Positions 39,813 to 52,105 of a DNA stretch of 64,000 nucleotides are shown here, piece after piece (the first letter of the stretch is position 1; each line of letters opens with the position of its first letter). The position numbers and the translations under genes were made by a program. This DNA comes from Octopus bimaculoides (lineage: Eukaryota), in the NCBI RefSeq assembly GCF_001194135.2, contig NC_068995.1, positions 3,448,120-3,512,119 of the forward strand, in the 5' to 3' direction. The notes under the pieces are model-generated. The model had not been told where the DNA came from. It was given only the letters and a program-made list of their open reading frames with translations, and did not search any database.

Positions 39813-40233
39813 AGTCAGAACGCTAAATATTTTGATGTAACCGGTGATGATTGTGATGACGATGATGATATCTGCTATTTTGTAGTTTAGCAAATAATTC
39901 TCAGATAATACAATTTTGGTTTTAAATAGAAATTCATTATTTTTTAAATCTGCCTATGACAAATTTAAAGAACATAAATATATGTTCAATTTTTTTTTCT
40001 TTTTTTTAAATGTTCATTCTTTGCAAATTTTTGCCATTTGAATGGAAACGGTATTAGTTATGAAACTTTATTTTTGTACTCATTCCTGACTCATTTTCCA
40101 TTCTATGGAATTTCTGCGTGTAGAATATAAAAGATTGTGCATGATGGAGGTACAGGTTTTGTTGTTGGGTCACCATCTCTTTAATAGCAAACATCAGAAG
40201 TCTGTGTGAATGTGTGTGTTATTATTTTTATTA

Positions 40234-40570
40234 CCGGGCGAAATGCTTAGTCATTACGTTCTGAGTTCAAATTCCACCAAGGTCGACTTTGCCTATCATT
40301 CTTTTGGGGGTTGATAAATTAAGTACTAGTCAAGTACTGGGGTCAATGTAATCAACTATCCCCCTCCCCTCAATAATAATCCTTTCTACTTGGAGAAGGG
40401 ATTAAGTTGATTACATCGACCCCAGTGCGTAACTGGTGCTTAAATTATCGATCCCAAAAGGATGAAAGGCAAAGTCGACCCTGGTGGAATTTGAACTCAG
40501 AACGTGAAGACAGACAAAATACTGCTAAGCATTTTGCCCAGCGTGCTAACGATTCTGCCAGTGCGCCGCC

Positions 40571-40572
<2 letters not shown>
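40234..40572. mobile_element. Tail-to-tail inverted pair of SINE family B
   Basis: Plus copy ~40234-40370 and minus copy ~40376-40572. Confidence 0.85.
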
Positions 40573-40615
<43 letters not shown>

Positions 40616-42720
40616 TAATATATATTATATATAATATATATTGTAATGATAATGTAATATTTAAGTTTTTTGATGAAAAATATTTCTGCATTTAATTCTT
40701 ATCAAACTTGACAAAAACCAAAATCTGTTACCATGGCTACTTTTGTTTTATTTCTTAAATTACAATAAAGTTGATGGCTCCCCATTTGGGTATTGAAAAA
40801 AAGGTTCACACACCTACGTCTTTCTTTTATGTTTCGCCTTTATCGTATTGATTATAATTTGATTGCTTATGTCACATCTGTTTAACACATGCTTATAGTT
40901 CTTTACTTTGAATGTTCAACTGTGTAAATATGATGTTTGTGTGAGAATAGACTTGAAGAAGAGATAGGGGTGATTTATCAACTGTCATTTCTGCTGTCTT
41001 CATCATGTAGTTTGTTCCCAGGTAGCAAACAGCAACGGCAGCTGCAGCAGCAGTCGTGGAGGGGGGGGGCTAATCTTAGCTGTGAATCTCAAATACCTTT
41101 AGTGGTTTCATACTGTCTGGTTGTCGTCATCGTCTCTCCTTAGGGTATCTCTTTATATGTTCACACATGTAATTGGAAGCTATGTAAAAAAGAAAATACA
41201 AAATAAATAAATAAATAAAGGGAGTATTTTAGGGGTTAGAAAAGAATGTTCTGAGAACTCACTGTTGCTTTTAGTATTCTTGTGAATGGAATATATTAAG
41301 GTCAGGCATTTTTTTTTTCTATGAAAATTGGCAGGTTTTTTGTTATTGTTGCTGTTGTTGTTTCACATTTTGAAGGTCAGGTGTTGTTATGTTTTTTCTT
41401 GACATAATCCATTCAGAGGTCATTTAACATATTCTATCGAAACTAAGCCACTATCATCTTTAGTGTGTCTGCTGTTTTACCTTTTTGGGGTGTTTTTTTT
41501 TTTAATGTGTGGACGTGTACGCAAATGTTGTATGATGAACCAGAAAGCTGAAGGTAATAGGGAAAGAATGAGGATTGTTAGGCAAGAATATTTTGTGCAA
41601 GCCAGGATGAGAAAATAGGCTGGAAAAGGAAACAATACCTAAGAGAATAGAGAAGGTTTTTAAGAAATGAAAGCATTATGAAGGAAATGACATGGTATTA
41701 CTGAATGGAGGGATGATTTTGGCTGACACTGGACCACAAAATATGCTGAGGAATTTCCTGGGGTACTGTTGATATCTTTTATAATGACTAATAAGATTCT
41801 ACCAAAATACAAGTGTTTTAGTCCCGATTCTTGATCTCAGATCCACCGATTGCTAAACTAATGTTAGGAAGGGCATCCAACCATAAAAACCATGCTGAAG
41901 CTGATAGTTGAGCTCAGCCGAGTCCTCTGACTTGCCAGCTTCATCGAACCGATGCCAACATGGAAAACAAATGTTAAATTGTGATGATAATAAAGAAGAT
42001 GATGATTTAATGGCCACAGATAGGTGTAGATTTAATAATATTTTTATATATTTGTACATTTTGTATATTTCGGTTTGCTTTGCAAAACTAAAGAAAAACA
42101 TTTTCACTTAGAAGACTCAGTGTGTGTTTTGGGGCTTGTCTATTCAGAACTCACAGATATGAATTGGGAATTTTTGAAAGCACTGCCATGGCATACGCTG
42201 ACACACTCCTACTGAGTCTGGTTTTATAACTCAACCCATTTCCTCACTGAGTCACTTTATGTCAGTGTATCTGGCCTCAGATCTTTTATTTTCAGTTGCT
42301 CTGTCACTGTTAAAGCTATAAACATCAGTTCTTTCATCTAGTTAAATTGACTCTCTCACACACACACACACGATTTATAAATAGTCTAATCTATAAGTGC
42401 ATATAAGTATTTATATTCAGATGTTATCGATAGTTCAAAGTTTGCTGGTTCTTTTCATCACTAGATATCATCATCGTCAGTGTTGTCATCATCATCATCA
42501 TCACCGTCAGTGTCGTCGTCATCATCATCATCATCATCACCGTCAGTGTCGTCGTCATCATCATCATCATCATCATCATCGTCATTTGTGTTTGTTGTTT
42601 TTCCTCCATCAGAAGTGGTTGAATGAGTCTCACAACCTTGCACCTGCCATATTCCTTCATCAGTTAAAGTTATAGGAACCGAAAAAACTGCCAATCCTTC
42701 TTTGTGTTTTTCTTCCAATT

Positions 42721-42750
<30 letters not shown>

Positions 42751-42751
<1 letters not shown>

Positions 42752-42962
42752 AGGCAATGAAGTGGCAGAACCGTTAGTGTGCTGGATAAAATGCTTAGCA
42801 GTATTTCGCCTGTGGTTCTGGGTTCAAATTCCGCCGTCGTCGGCTTTGCCTTTCATCCTTTCAGTGTCACTAAAATAAGTACCAGTTGGACACTGGGGTC
42901 GATGTAACCGATTCATCCTATTCCCCAACATTTCAGGCCTTGCGCCTGTATTAGAAAGGATT
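42751..42962 (+). mobile_element. SINE family B
   Basis: Consensus match, directly after (ATT)n. Confidence 0.85.
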
Positions 42963-44890
42963 ATCATTATTATTATTATTATTTTTTTTTTTTGGTAGGT
43001 AGGGGGTCAAGATTTTTACTGCTATGTCTTGCCTGTCACCAAACATAACGTTGTGGTCTAGCTACATGTTATTGTGCTGCCACATGAGAATTTGTCCATG
43101 ATGGAACCAAAGAGTTTCCTTCTGCCCTGTATCAAATACACACACATGATGAGCTTTCATTTTTCATCAACTAAATCCACTCACAAGGCTGTGGTTGGCC
43201 TGAGGCTATAGCAGAAGACACTTTCCCAAGGTGATACGAAGAGGGACTGAACCTGGGACCATGTGTTTGGGAAGCAAACTGTTTAGCACACAGCCATGCC
43301 TGTACCTCAGACTGTTGTCTTTTTTAAAAACAATGACTCAACAATGACATCTTCCATTGTTTATTCATTGCACTTATAACAATAATGCTGTTTCATGTTG
43401 TTCCAATTTTTTAGCATGAAGAATTTTTTTATTGCTGTAGCCTTGGTCATATCGGTTCATTGCTGTAGCCTTGAAGTGGACCTCTAGAACCAAGTGACCT
43501 CTTCAAATGCTTCTGAGTGATCCTCCTCACAAGATACACCATATTCTAGTCTGATATTGTGTCATACTGTTCACTCTCATCAGACTATGTTTCATTATAT
43601 CACATTTAGATTGTTGTAGTCAGCTTGCTTAATGAAATGGTGAGGAAAGCTGTCCAATTTATTAAAACAAAACTTGTGAGGTGCAGCAGAGAGAATCTTA
43701 GCTTGTTATGATAATTTGTCGACACCTGTCTAAGTATGTGGTTGTGCATCAGTACAGTGATTGTCTTGTCATTAATATAACGAGCACGGCTATGCTTAGC
43801 TGAAGACAGCTATGCTTAGCTGAAGAGGTCAAATAAGATAGAAACATATCTGGAGTTGCTGCTCTTTAAGTGTAACGAGGCTTCCCACACTGGATAGAAA
43901 GAAAAAAAAAACACTTAGAAACTCTGAATGTTCTCAATATATACATGTTCATTCGTGTGTGTGTGTGTGTGGTGAGAAGTTATTGTCTGATGTAAGAACA
44001 TCTCCAGTTTTGTCACACTGTCTCCCTTTCAATGCTGATTATGTAACGTGGGTAACAACATTTGTGATGTACTTTTTATGACTCATTGTTGCAGACCATT
44101 ATTTTTACATCTGGATTATTGTATTATCTATTTTATCAGTGAACTGAAAGTACAGGAAGTGTTGATGCACCAATCGTCTGCCAGGAATACCTGCAGCCAC
44201 AGTCTAGTTAACATCTAAAGTATTGGGTTACACCTTACGCAGCCTTTCAACATCTTATGTCTCGTATCTATCTCGCTACTTTACTTTAAATTATCCTCTA
44301 CAAACATTGAGCTACCATCGTCTTTCAAATATAAATAATTCTTTTTAGTTGTTTCTTCGCAAATAAATAACAACAACCTATGTGTTTCTGTTGTCGACTG
44401 CCATGTTGACAATATCGTCCTGTCTCTGATTGCAGTATCATAACATCTGACTCTCTAAATTTATAACTAACTTCTCATGGTACAAGTTTTATTATCATTT
44501 GAAAAGTTTTTTTTTTTTTTTACTGTTAGTTTCTTGTTGATATTCTTCGTTCAGTTTATTGAGTAGTGAGTAGGTCTCTCAGGATCAACCAAATACGTGC
44601 AATTACAAATTCCACAAATCGTATTTAGCATCTTGATGGTATTCTTGATGTTTTAAGGGTTTTTCTGTCTGAATATCCTGTTGTATTTGCTCGTAGCAGG
44701 ATATGGCCTTTGAAAACCAATGAAAAGATGTAGAACAATGAGCCCATTTTTAAATGGAATTCATTCTAATTTAAAACTGGTTTTTTTCCTGTTGCTTTGT
44801 ATAGATATTTTGTTGTTTGTTTGCTTATGTCTATGTGTCCTGTTATCACTCCTTTGTTTATTTTTCTGGTTTCCCCTCATTAGTCACAGC

Positions 44891-45135
44891 TTTAAGCCTT
44901 TTTGACACCAACCTGTCTGTTTCTGAGCCTATGATACAAGTTTCCAGTTCTAAAGTGAATTTTATGATCCAAACTCCAGCTTAATAACGACAAAGTTGTT
45001 TTACTAAATTCTTCATTATTTTCAAAATTACTTGAAACAAAGTCCATGTATTTCAACAGAAATATGGTAACAAAAGGGTTAAAGTGATCAAAATTAAAAT
45101 CTTCCATCTAAATTTCTTGATAATTTATGTTCCAA
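44891..45135. mobile_element. Family P1 MITE plus the start of a second unit
   Basis: TTAAGCCTTTT ... AAATATGGTAACAAAAGGGTTAAA GTGATCAAAATTAAAA. Confidence 0.6.
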
Positions 45136-45649
45136 AATAGAAGCTTCCACAGTTTTCATCTACCAAATTCCACCCACAATACTATTGATCATCTTGAGAT
45201 TCTTGCAGTAGACACTTGACCTAAGTGTCATTCAATCAGATTGAACCTGGAACCATGTGGCTCTGAATTCTGCAGTGAACTTAACCACATAGCCAAACCT
45301 GTTTCACAACATTTTGAAGCAATTTCTTTTTTTTTTTTTTTTCTCAATATCTCGATTTAATACTTGAGATATAATGAATCTGAAACTATTTCTTATCACT
45401 CTCCACCTGGTTTATGTTTGTTTACTGTATTTTCCAACATATAAGTCAGCATAATATATGGTGTAAACATTGAAACCTCATCTCCGTTTTCCCAAATCCT
45501 GCTGTATTTCACGTGGAATTTTGTATCCTCCTTCAAAGTTGTCTTGGTGTAGACGTTCACCTATCGTTTTGCTCTGTAAATCTTGGAATGAAGAATTCGA
45601 CATGTACGTCAGAAAATATGGTAGTTTTGTTCTTCTTTTGCCCTGCTTC

Positions 45650-46015
45650 TTTTTGTCATTGGACTGTGGCCATGCTGGGGCACCATCTTGAAGGGTTTAG
45701 CTGAGCAAATTAACCCCAATGCTTATAATTTTAAAGCCTGGCATTTGTTCTGTTAGATTCTTTTGCTGAACCTCTAAGTTACAAGGATGTAAACAAACCA
45801 ATGATGGTTGTCAAGTGGTAGTTGGAGACAACGACAAACGCTCCACACACATGCATAAACGATGGGCTCTTTTCGGCTTCCATCTACCAGATCCACTCAC
45901 AAGGTATTGGTTAGCCTGAGACAGTAGAAGACAGTTGCCCAAAGTGGCATGCTGTGGGAACGAACCCAGAATGATGTGGTTAGGAAGCAGACTTTTTACC
46001 ACACAGCCATGCTCA
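45650..46015 (-). mobile_element. SINE family A
   Basis: Near full length. Confidence 0.8.
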
Positions 46016-46049
46016 TGTATTTTCTAATTAATCATTCATTTATATCCTC

Positions 46050-46350
46050 CACTTCGTCATCATTTAACGTCTGTTTTCCATGCTGGAATGGGTTGGGTGA
46101 TTTGCCAGGAGCTGGCTAGTCAGAAGACTGCACCTGTCTGCTTTGTTTTCTGCACCTGGATGCCCTTCCTAACACCATTTTTACCTAGTGTATTGGGTGC
46201 TTTTCATGTGGCACCAGCACTAGTGGAGGGTCACAAGATTCTTTGCCTCAACTGAGAGGAGTAACAGCGAGGGAGGTGGCTCAGTGCCAGGTGATGAGGG
46301 GTTAGAGTATGAGCAGAGGGACAGAAACAGGTGTCTTGCAGCAGAGGAGA
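46050..46350 (-). mobile_element. SINE family C
   Basis: (CAT)n TTTAACGTCTGTTTTCCATGC...GGATGCCCTTCCTAAC. Confidence 0.75.
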
Positions 46351-46367
46351 TATATGACTGCTTCAAT

Positions 46368-46418
<51 letters not shown>

Positions 46419-46461
46419 GGTGAAGATGGAGCATGAAAGATTAACTGAGGTGTTGTGTTGA

Positions 46462-46668
46462 AATATTGGTTTCAAATTTTGACGCAAGGCCAACAAATTT
46501 GTAGGGAGTGGGTAAGTCGATTACTTTGACCTCAGTGCTCAACTGGTGCTTATTTTATCGACCCCTGAAAAGGATGAAAGGCAAAGTCGACCTCAGCAGA
46601 ATTTGAACTCAGAACGTAGCCAAGCATTTTGGCCCACGAGCTAATGATTCAGCCAGCTCACCACCCTA
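46462..46668 (-). mobile_element. SINE family B
   Basis: Consensus match. Confidence 0.8.
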
Positions 46669-46694
46669 GCTGTGTTGAAATATTCACAGAACTA

Positions 46695-47080
46695 CACAGT
46701 ATGAGTGTCCTGTTGTATGAGTAATTTGCTGTTCGAGCTGAGGCTCGTGTGAATTTTTTTTCTTGAAGTACAAACGGAAATCGACAGTATGAGCACACAA
46801 AACGTCCCATCTTTAAGGTAATTCAGTTAATAAAACCAGTTTACATATTTTCTTTTATATTCTCTTTTTTATAATTGTCATTTTACTTGTAACTACACTC
46901 TTTCTGTTTTAAAACCCCTAAAAAATTATTTTTGAGTGGTTTTGGGGTTCTGGAACGGATTTATTATATTTTAGTTAATTTCAGTGGGGGAAAATTTATT
47001 TGTAAAATGAGTAAATCGTAAGAGAAGCTCAGTCATTGAACGAATTAAGAATTAAACTCGTTCTGTGAGGTATCACTGTA
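46695..47080. mobile_element. Tigger/pogo-like non-autonomous DNA transposon (degenerate)
   Basis: The right end GAACGAATT...AAACTCGT...GAGGTATCACTGTA with an upstream CTGGAACGGATT motif resembles Tigger-type ends; the left end is degenerate. Confidence 0.5.
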
Positions 47081-47504
47081 TTTATGTCTGTGAATGAGTG
47101 TTTCATTTCATGAGAACAATGAACTCTTAACACTTAAATATTTGTCACTTCCATCATTCTTCACTCTAAATCACTCCAACATCCTTATTGTTGGGATTTC
47201 CCTCTCTAACTTGTCAACAACTCTTTTTATGTTTACTTCTGCTGGTGACTCAAACTATTTCTATTTCATCATGTATCTTTCCATCATGTATCAGTCAATT
47301 AGCTGCAGCCATGCTGGAGCACCACCTTGAAGGATTTCAGTTGAACAAACTGCGCTAAATCACTAAGTTACAGGGATGTAAATGAATGTGAGAGGGGAAT
47401 ATGTTGAATAAAATCATAATTAACTGACCCTCCTCTATTTTCTTTTACCCAAAGCCAGGGACTTTTCAGCACCCATCATATACTGAGAATGTGTTAAGAC
47501 TGTA

Positions 47505-47735
47505 AAGAAATGGTGCAGCCTTGCTTCACTGGGTGTGTAACATTTATGTGAATGAACGACCGAGAGGCACAGAATGTACTGAGAGGAAAACTAGGGTGTC
47601 GAGTGCAAGAGGGATTGGAAGTAGTGTATAAGAAAGAGGATTGCATTGTTTTGGAGTGGTCATGAGTATGGATGACAAGAGATGAGTAAAGGAGTGCCTG
47701 GAGATCCAAGTGGAAGAGGAAGACCCAATCTTCAT
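47505..47735 (+). mobile_element. RTE-like LINE 3' fragment (degenerate, copy 1)
   Basis: Near-identical to 48505-48725; frameshifted translation resembles the RTE C-terminal region (WFGHV.RM...GRGRP). Confidence 0.6.
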
Positions 47736-48504
47736 TAAAATCCTTTTATCGGGGCTCAGGTGTTTGCTACTAATTACGTTATGGTGGATTTATAACTAAT
47801 ATTTGTGTGTGTGTGTGTGTGTGTGCCTTAAGTCCGCTATAACATAATTACTTGCCAAGCCAATTACTGCTCCTGTAATCACTAAATTCCTAATGAACTG
47901 ACACTAATAACGAACTAAAACCTTGATCTAGATCCAACTAGGATATATGAGCTTTGTAATCCCTTAACCATAAAATTGAATAAAAGACAATAGAAATAAT
48001 TGTATAAAAATGTAAAAGGAAGAAAAATAAAATTCTGGGGTCTATTTGTTCAAATAAAATTCTCCGATGCTGTGCCCCAGCATGGTCACAGTCTAATGAG
48101 TGAAACAAGTAAAAATAAAAAATACCAGAAGCCTAAAGACGAAGGGACCAACTGCTGGACGATCAGTTGGTGTCCCACTGTCGTATTTGATGCTGAGAGC
48201 CAAGGTTGAATGATGTTTGTGTGTAAAATGGAAAGCTTGGTGACAGTGAGACAAGGTGACTGTATGAGCGGGGTTCCTGTGTCTAAGGGTTTCATGAAAG
48301 GCCTGATTGGAGGCCCAGTCTTCTGAGTTTTTTTTTTACAGGGTTTGACAAAATTGAAGGACTGCTGCAATAAGTTTGTGAATCTGAGAGGGGAATGTGT
48401 TGAATGGAATCATAATTAACTGATCTTCCTGTGTTTTCTTTTACCCAAAGCCAGCGACTTTTCAGCACCCCTCATATACTGAGAATGTGTTAAGACTGTA
48501 AAGA

Positions 48505-48892
48505 GATGGTGCAGCCTTGCTTCACTGGGTGTGTAACATTTATGTGAATGAACGACCGAGAGGCACAGAATGTACTGAGAGGAAAACTAGGGTGTCGAGT
48601 GTAAGAGGGATTGGACGTAGTGTATAAGAGAAAGGATTGCATTGTTTTGGAGTGGTAATGAGTATGGATGACAAGAGATGAGTAAAGGAGTGCCTGGGGA
48701 TACAAGTGGAAGAGGAAGACCCGAAGAAGCTATGGGAAGAAGTGGTGAGAGTTAATCTCAGAATGTTGAACCTTACAAAGGAGATGACTAAGAAACCCAA
48801 CAAATGGCAACTTGTCGTGATTGAGGCTCAGCTAATGTATGCCCGCATGGGAAAAAGGATGTGAAAATGACAAATGATGATATTGTCATTAC
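48505..48892 (+). mobile_element. RTE-like LINE 3' end with GAT-type tail (copy 2)
   Basis: Frameshifted translation ...CFGVVMSMDDKR*VKECLGIQVE...PKKLWEEVVRVNLRMLNLTKEMTKKPNKWQL, typical of the RTE ORF2 end; tail ATGCCCGCATGGGAAAAAGGATGTGAAAATGACAAATGATGAT. Confidence 0.65.
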
Positions 48893-49439
48893 CAGTGACA
48901 TCATCGACACCATTTAATGACTGCCAAACATTGTAAACCTTTGTAGGGGGTGCAGCCAAGCATTCACTAATAAGAGTCTACGTTTTGTTAGTAATAGTCA
49001 TTTTTGTAAATGTGGTACTATGAGTTCTTTAAGTAGTATATTTGGCGTTTTGTGTTTCGTCACACTTGATACTCTGAGTGTTGTGTTTAGTTGTGAAGGA
49101 AATGTTTTTTTGTGAATGGGATTAACATGACGTGTGTCTGTAGTCATAATTTTAACTTCTCCATCTGGAAATATATTATGTATATGCAGTGAGCTGTGAC
49201 ACAACAATAGATAGACTTTATGAGATAATTCAATTATGGCAAGTGTGTAATTTATTCATAACTTACACAAATGACACAAATCTTCTTTCATTTTTTTGTC
49301 AGAGAAACTTAACACCGATCAAGTCAAATATTAAAAAAAAACGTTTTAAATCTTTTTAATTTTAATGTAGCATGTCCATAAGAGATGTTATCTTGGGACA
49401 AATACTGCAGCAACTGGCCGATCAAACTGTGTACATACA

Positions 49440-49664
49440 TTAACCCTTTAGCATTCAGATGATTCTGTCAAATGTTAGCTTCATTTATTTATATTAAAAA
49501 AAAAGAAATCTTGTATTGTCATGTAGCTTTGAGATTTCAAAGATATGATTGTTTATTATGAGAATGGCATTGTAAGGTAAGTGTGAGAGGCTGGATCTGC
49601 CCTGTTTGAACATAAAACAGGTAGAATATTTGGGCCAGATATGGCTGGTTTAAATGCTAAAGGG
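49440..49664. mobile_element. piggyBac-like MITE (family P2)
   Basis: TTAACCCTTTAGCATT ... AATGCTAAAGGG; internal similarity to 31458-31693. Confidence 0.65.
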
Positions 49665-50297
49665 CTGCAGAACCAGCACGATCCAATGTATAACAAAGGC
49701 TGTATATTTTGAACTGCAGTTACAATTCACCTAATGAGCCATCTACCCAGTTTTAGTCACCGCGTATGGGGGAACCTGAGGCTATAGAAAATAGATAAAC
49801 TACTACTACTACTACTACTACTACTACCTATCTGTAAACACATATTCTTTAAACTAACTTCAGATTCCATTGGAATTTTTTGCTATTTTTTTCATGTTTT
49901 TTTTAAAAAATTGTCTTTCATTATTTTTATGAATATTTCATCTTTATGACTATTTCAGAATTCTACGGACTTCACATGTGATTCACCTCAGTTCCATGTT
50001 AGCATCCTATCAAGATGCCAATCTCCAAGATGTCAATGATTTCAGATTTTAATTTAAAGAAAACTCTTCAACCAGCCACACAGAATTTTGAGAATGAAAC
50101 AATAAGCCACGGAAATGTTATCTTGAGACAGAACTCGCAAAACCAGTATGCAGGACGAGAGCTTCAGAAAACCTAAGTTATTACCTTGTTTTCCTGTAAT
50201 ATCACCAGTATGGTTTGGTCAGGAACCCTCCTCCCTAACAATGAGGGCTAGTTCTCCTTTAATCCCTTCCTTTCCAGCTCTTCGCTGTTGTTCCTCA

Positions 50298-50366
50298 ATG
50301 TCCATATCTATCACTTCTGTTCCCGTTATTAGCTTCAGCTTCCCAAACCGGACTGTCACACTATGA
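50298..50366 (+). promoter_or_regulatory. uORF (MSISITSVPVISFSFPNRTVTL*) whose TGA overlaps the DUSP ATG (ATGA)
   Basis: ATG at 50298, 22 codons, TGA at 50364-50366 overlapping the main ATG at 50363-50365. It extends to ATG 50148 if the distal acceptor at 49958 is used. Confidence 0.5.
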
Positions 50367-50509
50367 GCGTTCTGCCACTGAAAGTTATGGACAGTGAACC
50401 TTCTGTCCAAGTCACTGACACTGACCAAAACTTAGTCACACAAGAGGTTCCATGGAAATTGATGGAACCCCATGGATTAGTAGAAATAATATCGAATCTT
50501 TTAGAGAAG
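50363..50509 (+). CDS. DUSP8/DUSP16: DUSP8/16-like MAPK phosphatase, first coding exon (MSVLPLKVMDSEPSVQVTDTDQNLVTQEVPWKLMEPHGLVEIISNLLEK)
   Basis: First ATG after an in-frame TAG at 50330; 49 codons; consensus donor AAG|GTAAGT at 50509; phase 0 joins the next exon. Confidence 0.8.
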
Positions 50510-50984
50510 GTAAGTTACAATAAGTTCTCTTTTATTTTTTGTTGTTGCCCTACAAAGTAAATTTCTGGCATGCTTTTTCTCATTCACCACATTACTGAGC
50601 TACCATTTAGCATAAAGGATTTCCTCTATACTTTGCTGATACTTCCTCCAGGTGCTGGGCAGTGGGTTTGAACCTGAAACAATGTGGGTACAAAGCAAGT
50701 TTCTAAACCACATAGTCATGCCAGCACCATGAAAAGACGAGGCAGTTTGTTTATCCTCATTATCGGTGTCATTAACATCTTAATTATCATCGTTTAAAAT
50801 TAATTTCTTTGACCTGGCATTGATTGGTTGATGGAGTTTTAAGAGTTATTCCAATTTGCATGTTTCCATTTCAAAAATTTACATTTTCTGTTTCAGATTC
50901 TATGTAATTACCATTCTCTGTGATTCTAGATTGTCTGGAAATTGAATATCAATACAGCTTCTTCCTTCACGTTTCTCTTTACAG

Positions 50985-51095
50985 GTACTTATTATCGACA
51001 GCCGCTCATTTCTGGAGTTTAACACCTGCCATATACGTCACTCAGTCAATGTCTGTTGCTCTAAGCTGGTGAAAAGACGTTTACAGCATGATAAG
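50985..51095 (+). CDS. DUSP8/DUSP16: DUSP8/16-like, coding exon 2 (VLIIDSRSFLEFNTCHIRHSVNVCCSKLVKRRLQHDK): rhodanese domain with kinase-interaction motif
   Basis: Acceptor TTTCTCTTTACAG and donor AAG|GTGAGA; 111 nt, phase 0-0. Close match to remembered DUSP8 IDSRSFVEYNSWHVLSSVNICCSKLVKRRLQQGK and DUSP16 VLLIDSRPFVEYNTSHILEAININCSKLMKRRLQQDK. Confidence 0.95.
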
Positions 51096-51704
51096 GTGAG
51101 ATATTTTCCTGTTGTTGTTCTTGTTGTTATTATTGTCATTTAGATTACTGACGGCTTTTGTTTAATATCAACAACTTTTGGGTTGAAAATATTGCGTGCA
51201 AGGTTTCATGTCATAAAAAACAGTTGGCAACAAAACTAACTGGAATCAAGATTGTGAGGGCACATAGTCTAGTGGTTAAGATGTTGCATTAACAATCAGG
51301 AGAATGAGGTTTCGATTCCCAGACTGGCTGTGTATTGTGTTCTTGAGCAAAGCACTTCATTTCATGTGACTCCAGCCCACACAGCTGTAACTAAGTTACT
51401 CCATGATGGATTGACATTCAAGGGTGAGATAGCGACCCAGGAAAATCATCCGAATGGAGGTCTTGTGAATTGTGTGTCTTATTCAGCAGTTGTAAGAATG
51501 AATAATGCAACCCATATTCTGACTGTGAATTCCGACTGGTTGGGATTGGTTGTTCAACCGCATTGAAGGATGAATGAATGAAACCAAGATATTCTTTTAT
51601 GAGGCCAACTTTGCCTTTCATCCTGTCGGGGTCAATGAAAGTACTGGGGTTGATGTATTCAAATAGCCCCTCCCCTCAAAATTTCTGGCCTAATCATCAT
51701 CATT

Positions 51705-52105
51705 ATTTTGGGGTGAGAGAGCAGTGCATGACATCAAAGTGATGCTGGGGTACAGATAAACAAGTCCTAATATAGCCATCATGACTACCCGTCTGATAAA
51801 GGTACACCTGGCATGGGCATCACAACCACATGTGCATGACATGGTAACCTCATACCAAGATAAACAGCGCATGATCTTGCAAGTTGGGGCCCAGTTAGAA
51901 TTTTCTTCAGGTCTAGTAGCCATCCTGCTCAAAAGGTCTCTGAATAAGGGTTGTTTGAGGATGATGAATGAAACACCCATGTTTCCAGGGGTGAATTATT
52001 CAAACCCTAAAGAACCCCTCTCAACGCATGGCTATTATGCTCCTTCTCAGGATCAGAAATGCACAGGTCTTTGGCCACCAAGGGACATACTCAACTGGTT
52101 ATGGT
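51705..52105 (-). mobile_element. Retroposon family D, copy 2
   Basis: Aligns along its length to 25899-26305. Confidence 0.75.

Noticed and set aside
42397-42718. His/Met/Asp-rich ORFs
   Set aside because: Interrupted (CAT)n repeat.
47494-48803. Paired minus-strand ORFs (LDTLVFLSVHSVPL...)
   Set aside because: Antisense to the duplicated RTE LINE fragment.
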